Assembly: GCF_025370755.1 (NCBI RefSeq)
Contig: NZ_JAMXFC010000004.1
Location: forward strand, 39,282-81,504
Reading direction: 5' to 3'
Length of the DNA: 42,223 nt
Source: Laspinema sp. D2d
GTDB lineage: Bacteria; Cyanobacteriota; Cyanobacteriia; Cyanobacteriales; Laspinemataceae
Part shown: positions 40,766 through 42,223 of the stretch, piece after piece
Numbering within the stretch: the first letter of the stretch is position 1
How the letters are laid out: every line of letters begins with the position of its first letter
The notes under the pieces: model-generated
What the model saw: the letters and a program-made list of their open reading frames with translations, nothing else
Database searches by the model: none
Told to the model about the DNA's origin: nothing
Made by a program: the position numbers and the translations under genes

Positions 40766-42223
40766 CTAAATTATCACCATATCCGCCGGAGTAATCATCG
40801 ACGCCTCGACATTATTCAAACTCACCAGAAGTTCACTCCCTACCGTAATATGAGTTACCCCGGTTCCTTGAGTAATACTCAATTGCTCAAAAGTTAATCC
40901 CTCTGCTAATCCAATCCGGTCAATTCCTACTTCAAAATCCACCACTAAATTCACCCCATCCCCTTCTCGGAAGACAAAGATATCCGCTCCTCCCCCACCA
41001 ATTAAAGTATCATTCCCTAAATCTCCCCAGAGGACATCATTGCCATTTCCTCCGTTGAGAATATCGTTTTCTTTCCCTCCATGCAAAGTCTCATTACCCT
41101 CCCCACCAAATAGGGTATCATCTCCGATATTTCCATTCAGGAAATCATTGCCATTGCCTCCACAGAGAACATCATTATCATTATCTCCAAATAAGAAATC
41201 ATCCCCTTCCTGTCCATAGAGGAAATCATTTTCTTTTCCCCCATGCAGGGTATCATTACCATCCCACCCAAACAGACTATCCTCCCCGCGATTACCATTT
41301 AAGAAATCTTCTTCATTACCACCCCATAACCAATCATTGTCATTATCTCCAAATAGCGTATCATTCCCATCAAATCCAAGTAAGGTATCATTTTCCTTAC
41401 CGCCATACACTAAATCATTACCAAAACTGGCATCGATATAATCATTGCCAGTATTGCCGTGGAGAGTATCATTTCCAGTCCCACTTATCAGATTATCATT
41501 CCCGCCAAATCCTAGAAGAAAATCATCGCTTCCTGTCCCATAAAGAACTTCTCCAGTATCCGTCCCAAAAAAGGGATTCACACCACCAGAATAGAGCGTA
41601 TCGGCAACCAAATTGGGTCCAGGAAAGACCATAAATCCCTGACAAGCACCGAATTCAGGAAGACTAAAATCTCGGTTAGAAGAATCAACGGGAGGAGAAT
41701 CAACGGGAGGAGAATCAACCGGCTGAGGGTCACTCGAAGGAAGAGATTCCGGTAAAATTGGACCAATAGGTATTGGCAATTGACCCGGGGTTCCATCAGT
41801 GGGTTCTGCCGGTGGCGGTGGGGAAGTGATTGTGGCAGTAATGGGAAAGTTAAAGGGATTTTGAGTGTTGTTATTGGCGATAAATTGCAACTCTCCCAAG
41901 GGAGTTCCGGCATCACTGGCATTGAGTTGGACTTGAAAGGTTGCTTCTCCATTAGCGGCAATTGTGCCAGGAAAAGGACCGACTAAACTAAAGGCAGTGG
42001 GGAGTTGTAAATCTGATAAAGTAACTTCGCTACTGTTGGGATTTCTGAGGGTAAAGGTAGTGGTAAGTGCGTCTCCCACTTCTGTTGTTCCGAGGTTAAC
42101 TGCGGTGGTTGTATCATCCGCGATCGCCGTCGTTCCTAGTAATACTTCAATCGGCAAGTTTGATACAATGGGAACGGTAAATTCATAAGCCCCAATATCG
42201 GCGATCGCCGTCCCATTCCCATC
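40766..42223 (-). CDS. RTX-type calcium-binding surface/secreted protein, 5'-truncated by the window edge
   Basis: More than 20 GGxGxD nonapeptide repeats (GNDTLHGGKENDFLYGQEGDDFLFGDNDND...). A PPVDS x3 linker. The reading frame stays open to position 42223 upstream of the TTG at 42157. Confidence 0.8.
   Translation of the reverse strand, partial: DGNGTAIADIGAYEFTVPIVSNLPIEVLLGTTAIADDTTTAVNLGTTEVGDALTTTFTLRNPNSSEVTLSDLQLPTAFSLVGPFPGTIAANGEATFQVQLNASDAGTPLGELQFIANNNTQNPFNFPITATITSPPPPAEPTDGTPGQLPIPIGPILPESLPSSDPQPVDSPPVDSPPVDSSNRDFSLPEFGACQGFMVFPGPNLVADTLYSGGVNPFFGTDTGEVLYGTGSDDFLLGFGGNDNLISGTGNDTLHGNTGNDYIDASFGNDLVYGGKENDTLLGFDGNDTLFGDNDNDWLWGGNEEDFLNGNRGEDSLFGWDGNDTLHGGKENDFLYGQEGDDFLFGDNDNDVLCGGNGNDFLNGNIGDDTLFGGEGNETLHGGKENDILNGGNGNDVLWGDLGNDTLIGGGGADIFVFREGDGVNLVVDFEVGIDRIGLAEGLTFEQLSITQGTGVTHITVGSELLVSLNNVEASMITPADMVII

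Overview
This 42.2-kb window is almost certainly cyanobacterial chromosome. The HIP1 octamer GCGATCGC recurs roughly every 400-500 bp throughout, and the window carries GUN4, Psb32/TPM-like, sucrose-phosphate-synthase-like, long-form aspartate kinase and pentapeptide-repeat genes. GC is moderate (about 48-50 %) with several AT-rich islets. Recognisable housekeeping genes are ahcY, hisH, lysC, fabG, an SPS-like glycosyltransferase, ExoD and a DMT transporter.

Accessory content that I could support:
- (1) A GbsR/MarR-family regulator followed by a DevB/HlyD-type membrane-fusion protein and a DevC/FtsX-type permease. The membrane-fusion gene contains two families of near-perfect in-frame 78-nt (26-aa) tandem repeats. 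The operon has no cognate ATPase, because a 2.2-kb AT-rich islet carrying an orphan C5-cytosine DNA methyltransferase follows the permease directly.
- (2) An ImmR/ImmA-type switch (XRE helix-turn-helix plus HEIGH metalloprotease) transcribed divergently from a run of uncharacterised genes. The divergent promoter holds two inverted repeats that share the half-site GTTGA/TCAAC.
- (3) Two tandem paralogous coiled-coil proteins followed by a membrane-anchored pentapeptide-repeat protein.
- (4) An Anbu-type peptide-ligase cluster: proteasome-like Ntn hydrolase Anbu, an alpha-E protein and a circularly permuted ATP-grasp protein. Anbu is on the opposite strand, there is no transglutaminase, and a C15 pyroglutamyl-peptidase-like gene lies upstream.
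- (5) Two tandem secreted proteins with a papain/C39-like cysteine-peptidase domain. One of them also carries a PG_binding_1 domain and a GH19 lysozyme-like domain.
- (6) A truncated IS1595-family transposase beside an AT-rich tract and an operon encoding a double-HTH protein and a PAS protein.
- (7) A partial RTX-type calcium-binding surface protein at the 3' edge.
- (8) A dispersed polypyrimidine tandem repeat (CCCCATCT-like) placed three times on the sense strand just 5' of gene starts.

No tRNA, rRNA or CRISPR array was found.
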